Part shown: one piece after another, positions 22,951 through 43,079 of the stretch
Layout of the letters: the number at the start of each line of letters is the position of its first letter
How positions within the stretch are numbered: position 1 is the first letter of the stretch
Assembly: GCF_009914755.1 (NCBI RefSeq)
Contig: NC_060932.1
Source: the human T2T-CHM13v2.0 reference genome, Homo sapiens
Strand: one strand, 5' to 3'
Length of the DNA: 64,000 nt
Notes under the pieces: generated by a model
Databases searched by the model: none
What the model was told of the DNA's origin: nothing
Seen by the model: the letters and a program-made list of their open reading frames with translations, nothing else
Position numbers and translations under genes: made by a program

Positions 22951-23419
22951 TGCAACAGAGTGACAGGCTAATTTTGGTCAGATTAACATGCACTATTCCT
23001 GTCATTCTGACTATGCAAACATTTTTCACAGATGTTCCAAGTAGAAACAATGCTTTTCCCTTTTTGCACATTTTGTACTCTCTGAAGCTAACCTTGTTTG
23101 CTTTCATTGCTCTTTTCAATGTGTCTGTCATTAATTCGTCATCAAACTCTCCCAAGTTATGAAATTGCTGCAAGCCCTCTAAGCCTATCAGGTCTATCTG
23201 CCCCATTTCTGTGGCAACTCAGCTCTTGATCTGCAATGCTGGTGCTGGACCTGGTGCTGGGCCATCCACGCCTCTGTGCGGGGCCGACATACTGTATCCA
23301 GCACCTTCCCCTGTCTTGGCTCACTGCCTGATCACTCTCTACCCAGCAGCATCGTGATGAGAGTGCACAGGGACCTCTTGGGGATCTGGCATGTCTAAAA
23401 CATCTGTATTCCACTCTCA

Positions 23420-24020
23420 CATAATGGATAATCCAGCTGGATTCAGAACTCTAGGCTGAAGATTTCTCTTATGAACTATGGAAGAAATCTGGTTCAAGTC
23501 TTGCAATGTCCACACTGCCGCTGAGAAGACATATGTCATTCAATTTCTAGATCCTTTCACACATAACTGCTTTTTCTCCAGTGGAAACCTGAGAATCTTT
23601 TATTGTAGTGAAACCCCACGGTTCTGAATTCTCAAGAAATGTGCTCCACGTGGAGCTGTTTCTGTGCACCATGCTGGACACTCCATGGCCCTCTTCTACC
23701 TGGAAACTCAAAGCCTTTGCTTCTGGGCTCCTCTGGAGCTGTGTCCTCAGCAAATGCCACTCCTGACCCCTGCCCTCCGGAGCCAAGGCCCTGCTGCTCA
23801 ACCTCATGCATGAATCCCTAGTCTCCTCCTCTTTTCTCTCGTGTTTTCTGTTTTGTCTTTCACTCTACTCTCTGTGAGAGTTACTCAAGTTTACCTTCCA
23901 AACTCATTTCATTTTTAATTTCTGATGCCTATGCTTAATTCCCAAGAGCCTTTTTTGTTCTCTGATGTTCATTCTCCATAGCAATTCTTATTTCACAGTT
24001 TTGTCTCTCATCTTTCAGTT
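23420..24020 (-). mobile_element. Ancient L1/HAL1-like ORF1 fragment
   Basis: Degenerate antisense motifs; identity uncertain. Confidence 0.45.
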
Positions 24021-25406
24021 TTTTTTCTCCAGCTTACATTTCCATCTCACTGAACAGGCCTTGCCACAGTTGCCTGTGTCCCGCTACGCCCTCTGGCGTC
24101 CCTTTCCTCAGGTGCCTGAGCCCCTGGGCTGCCGGCTCACAGGTATCACCTGCCTGGAAGCGCTGTGCAGCGTGCAGGGCTCGCTGGTGGGGAGGATCAC
24201 TGTCACTGACCCAGCTGGCTATGATGCCTGCATCTTTATTTTCTCTTAGGGCTTGTCAGGATATTCTGGTGCCCTGCCAAGGGCAGATGCTGAACTGAAA
24301 GTATTCAGAGGGAAAGGGCAGACAGCCTGAAAGTCTAGAATTTAGGTAGGTTAGTACTTAACTTTCCTCTTTTCCTGATGGTATCCACATATTCAGCCAT
24401 GCCAGAGCCCCCAGTCTGGAGGTCTCTATCCTCTCCAGGGAGTCACTGCCTCCTGCCTTCTCCTCAAGTGGGGAGGATCAGACCCCCAGCAGCAGAGACA
24501 GGAGGCTGCCCTGCAGGGGAGAGCTGGCCTTTGCCCAATCCTCTCTTCTCAGCCTCTGCTCACCCCTGCTCGCATGTCTGCCCTGCTGGGGCTCAGCACG
24601 TGTGGACCCCAACTTCCGAAGGCTGCATCACCTCGCTGCTATCTCAAACTCTGCATGCAGTCTGCCACACCTGTCCTTTTGATTTACAACTCTTGTCACT
24701 CTTGGAAGTCCTTTTCTCTGTGTCCTTTGAGATTGTAGAGGTGTTTTAAAAATCTCATTCTGTTACTTTAGAGGAATTTAGGGAAGGAATAGAGGTCAAA
24801 GGCGTATGTTTTTTCTATCATTTCCATCAGAGGTCATAGTTTAAGAAATCAGAATGTTAAATCTGAGTGTCATCTACTACGATTTTATTTCTAATTTTAA
24901 AGAATACAAATTCCTACTGCAATCTACCACAAAAGATTCCCCTACAACAGAAAAGCACTGTTTGCAATAAAAGCTCAACTTAGGAAATCATGTACTCTCC
25001 CTTAAAATGGTCATATCAACAGTTAACAGTTTCTGTCCACAGAACAAGTTAAATTTCAAAATCCCAGAGGTTTAGCAAACGAAAGTCAACTATATATTAA
25101 ATACTGATCTCCAGGGAGAAAGGGGGACACAGCAGGAACATGCCAGAAATGATAACTCAGCATCGAGGCCACAAGAGAACTCTGAGAACAGAGAGGTCTA
25201 CCGGGGTGCAGAGACCTGCCTGCAGCTGGTATGAATGCAAAGCCAGCTCTGGGCCCCAGGACGGGTTTGTAAGCTCCAAAGCCACATCTTGGCAAATGTC
25301 AATACCCTGCATAGCTGTGCCTTATAATATTTAGGCTTAGAAATTTGCAAAGCATAAGGGAATAGAAAAAACAATCAATGTTTTAACATCCAATAACACT
25401 CATTAG

Positions 25407-25717
<311 letters not shown>

Positions 25718-25865
25718 TAACTATTGATAAGGGGTATGTTTTGGGTTTTTCTGAGTTTGTTAAAAGCAAGAGCTTTCAACCTTATAGGAAAAAGTCTTGT
25801 CATACTTTAATGAAATATTTCAGGAATATGGCAACCCTTTTATAAGGATTATATAAGAAAATATT

Positions 25866-26170
<305 letters not shown>

Positions 26171-26177
26171 CAGTTTA

Positions 26178-26537
<360 letters not shown>

Positions 26538-26649
26538 TCAAGCTGAAATTGTATATATTTCAACTAGCCTCCATTTTCTAGGTTTCATTTTGGGAAAGAA
26601 ATCTTCCTTGACCCATATTTCTTCCAAATGTCCAAAAGTCTTGTTGTTG

Positions 26650-27197
26650 TGTTTTATTTTTTGAGACAGGGTCTCGCTCTGTTGCCCAGGCTGGAGTACA
26701 GTGGCACGATCTCGGCTCACTGCAAACCTCCACCTCCTAGGTTCAAGCAATTCTCCGGCCTCAGCACCCCCGAGTATCTGGAATTACAAGTGCGTTCTAC
26801 CACACCTGGCTAATTTTTGTATTTTTAGTAGAGACAGCATTTCACCATGTAGTTCAGGCTGGTCTCGAACTCCTGACCTCAAGCAATTCACCCGCCTTGG
26901 CCTCTCAAAGTGCTAGGATTACAGGCAATAAGTCACCCTGCCCAGCCTTGTTGTTTTTTAAAGACAGGGTGTCACTCTGTTGCCCAGGCTGGAGTGCAGT
27001 GGCATGATCATGACTCACTACAGCCTTGACTTCCTGGGCTCAAGCGATCTTCCCACCTCAGCCTCTTGTGTAGCTGGGACTACAAGCATGTGCCACCATA
27101 CCTGGCTAATTTTTTAAATTTTTTTGTAGAAACAGGGTCTCGCTATGTTGTCCAGGATGGTCTCAAACTCCTGGGCTCAAGCCATCTGCCTACCCCA
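26650..27197 (-). mobile_element. Two tandem Alus: 26650-26947 (AluS) and 26950-27197 (AluJ, truncated)
   Basis: Reverse Alu consensus matches. Confidence 0.93.
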
Positions 27198-27768
27198 GTG
27201 TTGTTGCTTTGAGGATAGTCTATTAAGGGTGAGTATTTTTAGACAATTTAAATATGTAATTGTTTACATTAATCGGACAAAGGGGTGAAAAAGGGGTTTC
27301 TGCTACAGAAGAAAGAAAGTTGGGATGGAGTGAACACAGAGGGCTGGCTGCAGATTTCAGCTACAGCAGGGACTATTTAAGGCCAGCCCTGCATGGTTCA
27401 AAGAGCCATGAGAATATTTTTTTGGAGACTCTGGTTCCTCTGGGATTATCCTTCAGAGGCCCTCCCAATCATCCATGTGAAGGACCACCAAGGAGAGGAG
27501 AAGAGGCCACATGTCAACATGACTCAGCTTCATAGTCACAAAACGTTCTCTAGCTAATTCCTTTTGGAAACAAAGTGGGATAGACAAAACCTCTATTTAA
27601 AAAGAATGTTGTTCTATTCCGTTCTTTTTTTTTTTAACTATTGAGAAAATAATCTTTTAGAAAGTTGGCTCATGCAAATCATACAATACTTGTCCAGCTA
27701 AAACCTTACTACCCAAATTCCACAGTTTCTAGAGACACCTGCAAGTGACATATGTATTTCTATTATTA

Positions 27769-27960
<192 letters not shown>

Positions 27961-28104
27961 CTAAAAGGAAGCCAACACTGAAATGCCTAGCAAAAAGATA
28001 TTTCTTAGAAAAAAACAACTTCACTCCTCTCATTAAATAAAAAACCCACTTCAGATAGCACTGACAACTACCTTCCAATATTCAGAAAAATTTTAATTCA
28101 ACTT

Positions 28105-28432
28105 TGCTTTTGTTGTTCTTGCTATTGTGAGACAGGGTCTTGCTCTGTCGCCCAGGCTGGAGTGCAGTGACACAATCGTGGCTCACTGCATTCTCAGGCT
28201 TCCAAGCTCAAGCAATCCTCCCACCTCAGCCTCCTGAGTAGCTGGGACTACGGGTCCGCGGCACCCACTCCTGGACAATGTTTTTTTTTGTTGTTGTTGT
28301 TTTTTAATTGTTTGTAGAGATGAATTCCTGCCATGTTGCCTGGGTCGGTCTCAAACTTCTGGCCTCAAGCAATCCTCCTATCTGAGCCTCCCAAAGTGCT
28401 GGGATTACAAGTATGAGCCACTGTATCTGGCT
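28105..28432 (-). mobile_element. AluJ-like
   Basis: Diverged reverse dimer. Confidence 0.9.
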
Positions 28433-28697
28433 CAACCTTGCTTTCTATGCTAGATTCTTCATTTGTGTTGTCTTGCCACAAAGGCACAACAGCAGTTCCT
28501 AAAGTTTTTCAGAAAGCTGCTCTGTAAATACCTAAATGTCCTTTATTTTACTTTCATTTTATATTTATAAATTTTTACATTTGCTTTCATATTTATATTG
28601 ATATATCATAGATATACAGATACATAATATCTACATGTCTTGAGCAAGTATTTCTATAATTCCCATTTCAGCATGCTCAATACATAAAGGACTTTTA

Positions 28698-28949
<252 letters not shown>

Positions 28950-29141
28950 TTAAATTATCAAGATACACTGAAAAAAATGTTTGCACTGTTATGAAGCAAA
29001 CAGAGGCAACATCTAACAGGATCCACACGCACTAAGCTAGCATGGAGATCAAACATGGCGCTAACCATGTCTGAAGTTTGCTTAAGTTTGGTACAGGGAA
29101 GGCACTAGTTAAATGTGGTTTCTAAACAACTATTGAGGTCA

Positions 29142-29570
<429 letters not shown>

Positions 29571-30059
29571 CTAAGGGAGAGGTGGGCAGAGTTTCTCTGT
29601 AAAACGGGGGCACAGTAAACACTTGAGGTTTGTGGGCTAGACAGTCTCTGCTTCAACTCCTTACGCGTCTGATAAGAAAGCAGCACAGACAACAGGTGGA
29701 CAGAGGCGCACAGCCATGCTCCTATTTAGCTTTATCTACGGAGCAGGCAGCAGGTGAGGTTGTGTCCATGGACAGGGTTTCCCCGCCCCTGACTCAGGAC
29801 ACTGCTGCATCCCAGGGCCTGGCGTGCCACAGGCACCTGGCAGAGATTCCCTGAATGAACTGACTGGAGTTTGTTTATACAATAAGCCTCATGGATACAT
29901 CTATAAATATTTGCGAGTGTGTGTTTCCTAAGGTAGATGTTTGATCATAGCATAAAATACAGCATCCAATAAAACAATTAGAAAAAACTATTTTATATTT
30001 TATTCACACAGTGAAACTCTGAAGGACATGCAAAGTTTCATGATTTTCAATAGATCATT

Positions 30060-30745
<686 letters not shown>

Positions 30746-31694
30746 TTATATTAAAGTATTAATATATGCTTCCTTTCAATTCCACTAAGATTAACATAAA
30801 ATTGCTTCTGTAAGTATAGGCATGGTATACGTTCAGCAAAAATTCAAAATTTTTCAAAAGAAACAAACAGCTTAATAATAGCTGAATAAAGTGGCATTTA
30901 TTTTTTCTCATATCAAAGGACACATTGATGGAAAGTCAGGTCTTTATTCCCAAACATTACATGTGAGAAGATAAATTAATATGCTCATTTTAAAGGGCAA
31001 TTTGGCAATTCGTACCAAGTTTTTAAAAATATGCATGCCAATTTCTATCAAATGTTTAAAAACTCATTATGCTTTGATCCAGCACTGAAATTTTAACCTA
31101 ATGAAATGACTGCAGAATTGAAGAGATGTGGTTGTAAGAATCTTCTTTTTAGCACTGTTATCAATAATGAATGTTATTAATAATGAAAAAATAAAAAATC
31201 CTGTCCTTCAAAGGACAGAGACAAATTATGGAGCAGTCTTCAAGCAGGTGTGGACAGGCACCAGTCATCTTATGGAATCAACTTTCAGATCAATCCTCAA
31301 ACGGGCTTTGTCATAAAACTCGTTTGTCTGAAAACACCCTGGAGCTTGTTCTCCTTTCCCATCTCAGGTTGTTCATCAGGACTCTCCTGCTTAATGAAAG
31401 ACAGACCCACCCTCACCTCTCTCCAGTCTAACTGTAGTTTATTACTCCAAGGTGCACAGCCCTTTAGAGTGCCAAGGGACAATTTAAAATACTTGTACAC
31501 TGTTGAAAGAGTAAAGGCAACAATTGAGTAGGAAAGCCTTTTTGTAAGTCTCATGGTTTCTAATTCTTTGTTTCCAACATAATTTAAGGAAAGTCAATCC
31601 AAACTGTCAACTGACCTCGTTAAAAATAATTTTGATAACATGTATTTTGATGTATTCCAAGAACTGAGATAACTTATATTAAGAATTATTCTCA

Positions 31695-31988
<294 letters not shown>

Positions 31989-32089
31989 TTATTCTCAAAA
32001 ACCAAATATCCTTGAATCCAATAGAATATTGGATTGTAAGACACACTGCAACCATGGATCTGTTAAATATGGGAAAATGTACATTTTAG

Positions 32090-32886
<797 letters not shown>

Positions 32887-33190
32887 AGGAATCTTTAAAT
32901 ATGTACATCTTTTCATTAAAAAGACGTAGATAGGGATATAGTAAAATCTTAAGCAAAAAAAACTTAATACTTTAGGATAAAATCATTTGAAGGGTAGGAA
33001 ATGAGAATATGAATTAAGGGACTCTGCAAAATTTCCAATAAAGCAGCTATATTTTAAAGCCAATGATGCTGTACATAAAACTGCTACAGTATTCATTGTT
33101 CATGGAATACGTTTTTTTTAAGTAATATTAACAGTTTTGTGTATTTAAAATGTCAACATTTACAATACACCAGAAAGTGTAACTTTTTCA

Positions 33191-33679
<489 letters not shown>

Positions 33680-33939
33680 CTACATTTCTTTAATCTAATC
33701 TTTGTACCTAAAATTTCAAAATGTTATGGGACAATCTTTTTTCATTTTACTACGCATTCAACTTGTTTCACTGTAATTACTTCCAAGAAGGTATTTCCAC
33801 CACAGCCATTCTCTTCAGGTTCCTCAAACATTATAAAAATAGTTGGACACCATTTGGAGTAGCTGCATACTAATACTCTTTCCCCTGCCTTTTTATTTAA
33901 AAATTATTATTCCTTTAAGTCACAAAACAGCATTTGCAA

Positions 33940-34060
33940 ATGAGAACAATAATATCTACCTCTGGGGCTGTTACAAAAATTAGCTGAATTAAAGTAGTTA
34001 ATATTTGAACATGTGCTTAGAATAACGTCTACCACACAGTAAGTGCAGTGTTTGTTAAAT
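33940..34060 (+). mobile_element. MIR fragment
   Basis: aatgagaacaataatatctacctc...gtgcttagaataacgtct...cacagtaagtgc. Confidence 0.6.
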
Positions 34061-34254
34061 AAGAGAATCGAATGAGCCGTTTTTTCCAGGAAATTTTCTT
34101 TTAAATATTAAACTTCTTCTAAATTAAAAAGATAAATACATAAAACTGCATTTTGTATGCTCTGAAATCAGTAGCACTGAAAATGTCAAATCATTCTGAC
34201 TCTAATGAAGAATTCAAAACATGTATCTCTGATGTATTAAAAACAGAACATTCA

Positions 34255-34545
34255 GCCGGGGGTGGTGGCTCAGGTCTGTAATCCCAGCACTTTGGGGGGC
34301 TGAGATGGGCGGATCACTTGAGGTCAAGAGTTCATGACCAGCCTGGCCAACATGGTGAAACCCCATCTCTACTAAAAATACAAAAATCAGCCAGGCGTGG
34401 TGGTGCGCGCCTGTGGTCTCAGCTACTCAGGAGGCTGAGGCAGGAGAATCGCTTAAACGAGGGGGAGGTTGCAGTGAGCCAAGATCACGCCACTGCATTA
34501 CATCCTCAGCTACAGAGTGAGACTCGGTATAAAAAAAAGAAAGAA
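34255..34545 (+). mobile_element. AluS
   Basis: Dimer; TSD-like agaacatt. Confidence 0.93.
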
Positions 34546-35042
34546 AGAGAGAACATTTTGTATATTAAGAGGAGGAATATTCTGTAATGTTCTGTTACTT
34601 TCACTAAGAGACAAAGAAATGTATAATAATGAGCAAAAAATAAATAGTAAGATATTTAAATTCTACATCAAGAGTGACAGAAGAAAAATGATAGAAAGAA
34701 AGGACACAAAAAGGCAGATCGAGAGAGAGCAGACAAGGGTACATCACAAGAAGACAGAGAAGCTGAAGACGCAGACAAGCACGCTTGGGGTTGGGGAGCC
34801 TGCCCAGCCCTACTTCTTCCTTGGTCTCCACCGAGGACCTGCTGTCTGTTTCTGGGCCTGGACCACGCTGAGTCTCAGTATTCAGAAGCCGCCAGGAGCT
34901 GTCTCTCTTGGACACATGTCAGAGGGACAACCCTGCACCTGTCGTCAAGCCCTACTGATCTGGGTGTTCCTGTACCCAGGACTGCTGCTACACAGTGAGC
35001 TAAAGAGACACCTGACACAGACGCTTAAAAACCACTGAAGGA

Positions 35043-35485
35043 AGCTAGATGCAATGGCTTGTACCTGTAATTCCAGCACTTTGGGAAGCCAAGGCAGGAG
35101 GACTGCTTGGGGTCAGGACTCAAGACTAGCCTGGGCAACATATTAATACCAAGACCCTATCTCTACAAAAAAACTTAAAAATGAGCCAGGCCTGGTAGCA
35201 CATGCCTGTGTTCCCAGCTACTCATGAGGCTGGGGCAGGAGGATCACTTAAGCTCAGTTTATGGCTGCAGTGAACTATAATCATGTCACTGCAACCTACC
35301 TAGCCTGGGCAACAGAGTGAGACCCTGTCTCTTAAAAACAAACAGGTGCTGCACACCTGCAGTCCCAGCTACTAAGGAGGTTGAGGCAAGAGGATCACAT
35401 GAGCCTAGGAGTTCGTGTCCAGCCCGGACAACATAGTGAGACTTTGTCTCTAAAACTGAAAAGGAAAAAAATAAAAGAAAACAAA
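35043..35485 (+). mobile_element. AluJ plus an Alu monomer
   Basis: Diverged Alu matches. Confidence 0.88.
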
Positions 35486-36013
35486 AATAGCCACTGGAGG
35501 ATAAAGATACCAAAGGAGAAAGGTGGCTACACCCTGCAAGGCCACAGAAGAGATAAATCAAGGAAGGCTCCTTAATGTTATACAAATTACCTGTTGGAAG
35601 AAGGGCAAGGCTCACCTACTACCTAGCAGCCTTTGTCCAACAAAACACAATGCTGAGAGGTGGAACTCTATTTAGTTCAGAATACATGAGGTCCGTATCA
35701 CAGGCAACTGAGAAGAGAACAGCACTAGAAATGCCTGAGATCAGTACAGCTGAGGTCACAAGAAATCCTATGTGCTACCAGAGTCACAGACTCAATGTGA
35801 GATAGTGGTCTGCCCATAAGCAGCTCTACCAACATGCTATCAGGGTCTCGGTTTCTACTAAATATAGGAAAAATGCTGCCCACTGCCCTCCAGCCCTTCC
35901 CCAGCCACTGGTCCACTCTTCAATGACTAATTTCACAAGGTTGCTGTGAGAATGACTTAACATATAAAAAAAAAAGTTGTTAGCTAAACACATTAAGCAA
36001 ACTGAAAATGCTA

Positions 36014-37107
<1,094 letters not shown>

Positions 37108-37281
37108 TTATTCCTGAGAAACTTGTCATTATTTCAGTCCATAAGCAGTTTAATGGTTTAGTAATTACTGAAAAGCACAGGTTCACTGCTTTCCTTTAAT
37201 ATGATTTGAGATCATTCAGACTTAGGATGCTGGCAATTTCTTATTAATCACATGCTGAAACAGAACTGCATTACCTCATCA

Positions 37282-37602
<321 letters not shown>

Positions 37603-37844
37603 CTACCAAGGCTCTAGAAATCATAAACTCATCTTTATCACACAGATATATGTAGAAATCTCACTAAAAGGCATTCGACTTATTTTTAATGTATTATAAT
37701 TAGATGCAATCAAAATAACATAGGTGAAATGGGTCCTAAATGCTGCTCATGTTCATTTTTTCATGTGGGGAAAAATTAAAAAGTTCTCCTTAAAAGAACA
37801 GCACTAAGTATTTTCATGTTTCCTTTGCAATATACCTTGTAAAG

Positions 37845-38030
37845 CAGTGCTTCTCAAAGTGTGGTCCCTGGACAGCTGTTCCAACATTACCTGTGCACTT
37901 GTTATAAATCCAAATTATCTGGCCCTACCCCAGGGGTACACAGAAATTGAGGGTGGGGCCAGCCCAGCAATCTGTGTTTTAACTAGATCTCCAGGCAATT
38001 CTAATGTATGCTAAAGTTAGAACCAATGAA
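37845..38030 (+). mobile_element. MER5A (hAT-Charlie MITE)
   Basis: cagtgcttctcaaagtgtggtccctggac...aatctgtgttttaac...aaagttagaacca. Confidence 0.85.
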
Positions 38031-38723
38031 CTAAACTGATATCGTAAGTTAATAGTAGAATCTGGAAGAATCAACTTTTAAAACAACTGAGAAAATATTA
38101 ATAATCCAGTCCACATGGGACTGTGCTTCTCCAGAGTGGCGGTCACTAGCATGGATAACAGATGTCCCCAGATACCCTGCAGAGATCTGGAGGGGCTTAT
38201 GGAGGGCACTCACCCTACTGGAGAAGGCAACACCACTAGGATGGAATAAGGGCAAAAACTGGAAACCACTGGCCAACATCCCAGCCTTGGTTGGCTCTAA
38301 GCAGTTTCATTTCCTAATTTTATAATTCCATGTCTGTCAAAATGTTACTATTTGAACATTCAGTTCATACACTTCAAAATTTACGGAATAATGGTTCATG
38401 CATATTCTAGTCAAATCATCCACATCAAAACATGTTCAAAATTAGTGCATATTAAATAAAACGTCTGTTACAAAACTAATTTTCAATTTGTATGTACTAT
38501 CTCAACCCAGATCAAATACCTTATACCTTATCCCTTAAACCAAGTATTTTCAAACACAAAGCTTTTTAACGTTTTTGGAAAACGAACTCTTCAGACTTCC
38601 ACACATTCCTTGTTTAGGAAGTAATTCCTTATACTTCCACAGATCCATCCCAGGTTGTCCTTCATTAGCTGTGAATTAGTTTTATGTTGTGGGAAAAGAC
38701 GGAAAAGGAAGCAAGATCACCTA

Positions 38724-38873
<150 letters not shown>

Positions 38874-39618
38874 TTATTATTAAATTTGTATTATAAATGT
38901 GTTGGCCTAATTTTTAACTGAAAAGGTAATTTTACTATAGATTTAATATGTTTTCATCCCTAAGAATAATAAAATTAGATAAATGATTCACACTGCATAT
39001 TCAAAAATGAACACAAAACCCCTATTTAAGACTGCAGGATAGCATGGTGCGTGCACGCACAAACACATGCACACACTCAGAGCAATGCCATACCTAACTA
39101 GAAACTGTACCACCAACACCACGGCCACCCAAAGCACAGCCTCTCCTAATGGACCTGAGATGGAAGAGACTTTGCAGGTATTACAAAACCCACATACCAG
39201 GCCAGAGCCTGTGGACTTCAATGTGGCTATTTTAAAGGGGTGTAAATCCCTTGACCTCCCTTCCTATGCAGGATAAACTACGGTATCGTTTGGTAATACA
39301 GCCTCTGGAGAAGTACAACAGAGGTAAGATGGTGAAGTCACTCACAGAAGTCTGGAATTATTTAGGAAAGGAGCCTTATACATCTTATTTTGACCTGTGT
39401 CACCAAGAAAAAGTTTTCTATGTTTTTTAAATATGTCCGTGATCACAAAAAAAGTTTCACTCGTTGAAAAAATTCACCCATATGGGAAATCAAGATAAAC
39501 AAAGCAAATTTAAGCAATTTGACAATGAGGACTAAATTTTACACATTTTTGCCCACAGTAGACTATCAACATGAAGGATAACAGAGCTCAGTCTGTCTTT
39601 TTAAAAAATAAACAAAGT

Positions 39619-40009
<391 letters not shown>

Positions 40010-40589
40010 CTACATCATGTGCTGGGACCAACGGGGAGTTAAGAAGTCTTCTAGCTCAACAACTCTATGTAGTTCCTAATAGCTTCTTGCATAGAATTTA
40101 ATTGTAATCATTTATTACTCTCTTAGCTATTTTAGCCTACTTCTGACTTAATATCTTTATAATATTCCTTCATCATGGATGAAACAACTCTATCACAGTC
40201 CTGTAATGAGATCCACTTTCTACTTTCTAAATGATCACGAGTGAGTGCAGAGGCACTGACCACATCTCAGTGGTTACCACATCCAGTTTCTTCAGCACCA
40301 TATCTGCACAGTTTCATGTTCTGTCATCACAGCATCATAGTGTCTGACTGGCTTCGTTGTCTCCCCTGCCCTGGGCAGAATCTGCAACCAACCAGGGTCA
40401 ACCTCAATGGCCACCAGGAGTACATGGTGAGTCAAAGAAAATAAGGGCATGAAAAAATTATTAACAAGCTGGGTTTGAGGCACTGAAGGGGATTCTCTTC
40501 ACATTTATTAATTTATAGAACTCTTGGGAAAAAAAAAACCTTATAAGAGAATCACACGAGCCTTAACTCCTCATTGGGGAAACTCTTCA

Positions 40590-40817
<228 letters not shown>

Positions 40818-40834
40818 TTAAATTTGTTTTTTGT

Positions 40835-41812
<978 letters not shown>

Positions 41813-41859
41813 CTAGAGGAAAGCTACATGAGCCAAAGAGGCAGCACACGCTCTGTTTC

Positions 41860-42730
41860 CACACAAGTGCCTCTGTCCCTTGCATCTGCAGAACTGCTCA
41901 TTTGCCTATGTGGCTAATTATTATCTATGTGTCCTTCTGAAATGTAACCCTCACGAAGGGCTGTATCGTTATACCTCCAACATAGACACAGGTCTGGCAC
42001 ATCATTTTTTTTTCTTCATCTTTTAAGTTCAGGGGTACATGTGCAGGATGTGAGGTTACACAGGTAAATGTGGTACACAATATTCCTAATAAGGAATGCT
42101 GGATGAATGAATGAACACCACTACCTTAGGTCAGTGACCACTTGTCTTTTACCTTGGACCTCTGAAATGGCCTGTTCACTGGTGTTCCAGTCTTCAGTCT
42201 ACTCAGACCCACTCTCTACACAGCTACCAGCAAGTGGATTTTAGGAGGAAATCTAAATGCATCTCTCCCTGCACCCACTACTCCACAGATCCTCTGTCAC
42301 TAGCGGTGACCTACGCTCCTTACTACAGCAAGCAGAGCCCTCCTCGCCAGCCTCACGACACCTGCCTCCAAACCTCAAAGGACTTTATCGCCTCAGACAC
42401 CTTCCTATTTCTTATCTCTACCCCCCCACCACCCACTAACTTTGATCTAAAATGCCTTGGCTGACTTCCATTTATCCTTCAAGTCTCATCTCCAATATAA
42501 ACCCTAGCAAGAGGCCACAGCAAACTTGCTCACCCTGGATCAGCTACTCCTCCTCTGTGCACCCAAAGCCCCTGTATATGTGTCTTTTGTTGCATTTCCA
42601 AAATGGCTGAGACAGTGTTTACATGCATTTCTCAGCAGTTTCCAAGCTTCTGGAGTGCAAACTGAATTTTAATTCACTTTTTAATTTCCAGAAGACAGCA
42701 CAGCATCCAGCACATAATTACTTACTAAAT
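41860..42730. mobile_element. L2 fragments with a short L1PA 3'-end piece at about 42005-42072
   Basis: gaatgaatga-type ends and cagcacagcatccagcacata; ttaagttcaggggtacatgtgcaggatgtg is an L1PA end. Confidence 0.55.
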
Positions 42731-42782
42731 GCAGGAAATATGACACACGGATACACAGAGTGAAACTCCAAGTCACCTTTCA

Positions 42783-43079
<297 letters not shown>

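Noticed and set aside
22606-23162. Cys/Val- and His/Thr-rich ORFs in several frames
   Set aside because: Artefacts of the CA/TG-rich minisatellite.
32015-32035. Small hairpin aatccaata-gaa-tattggatt
   Set aside because: A 9-bp AT-rich stem is expected by chance in 64 kb and is too short for a pre-miRNA.
34517-35038. Longest plus-strand ORF (173 aa)
   Set aside because: It starts at GTG inside an Alu tail, has a low-complexity Lys/Arg-rich N-terminus and shows no recognisable domain or gene structure.
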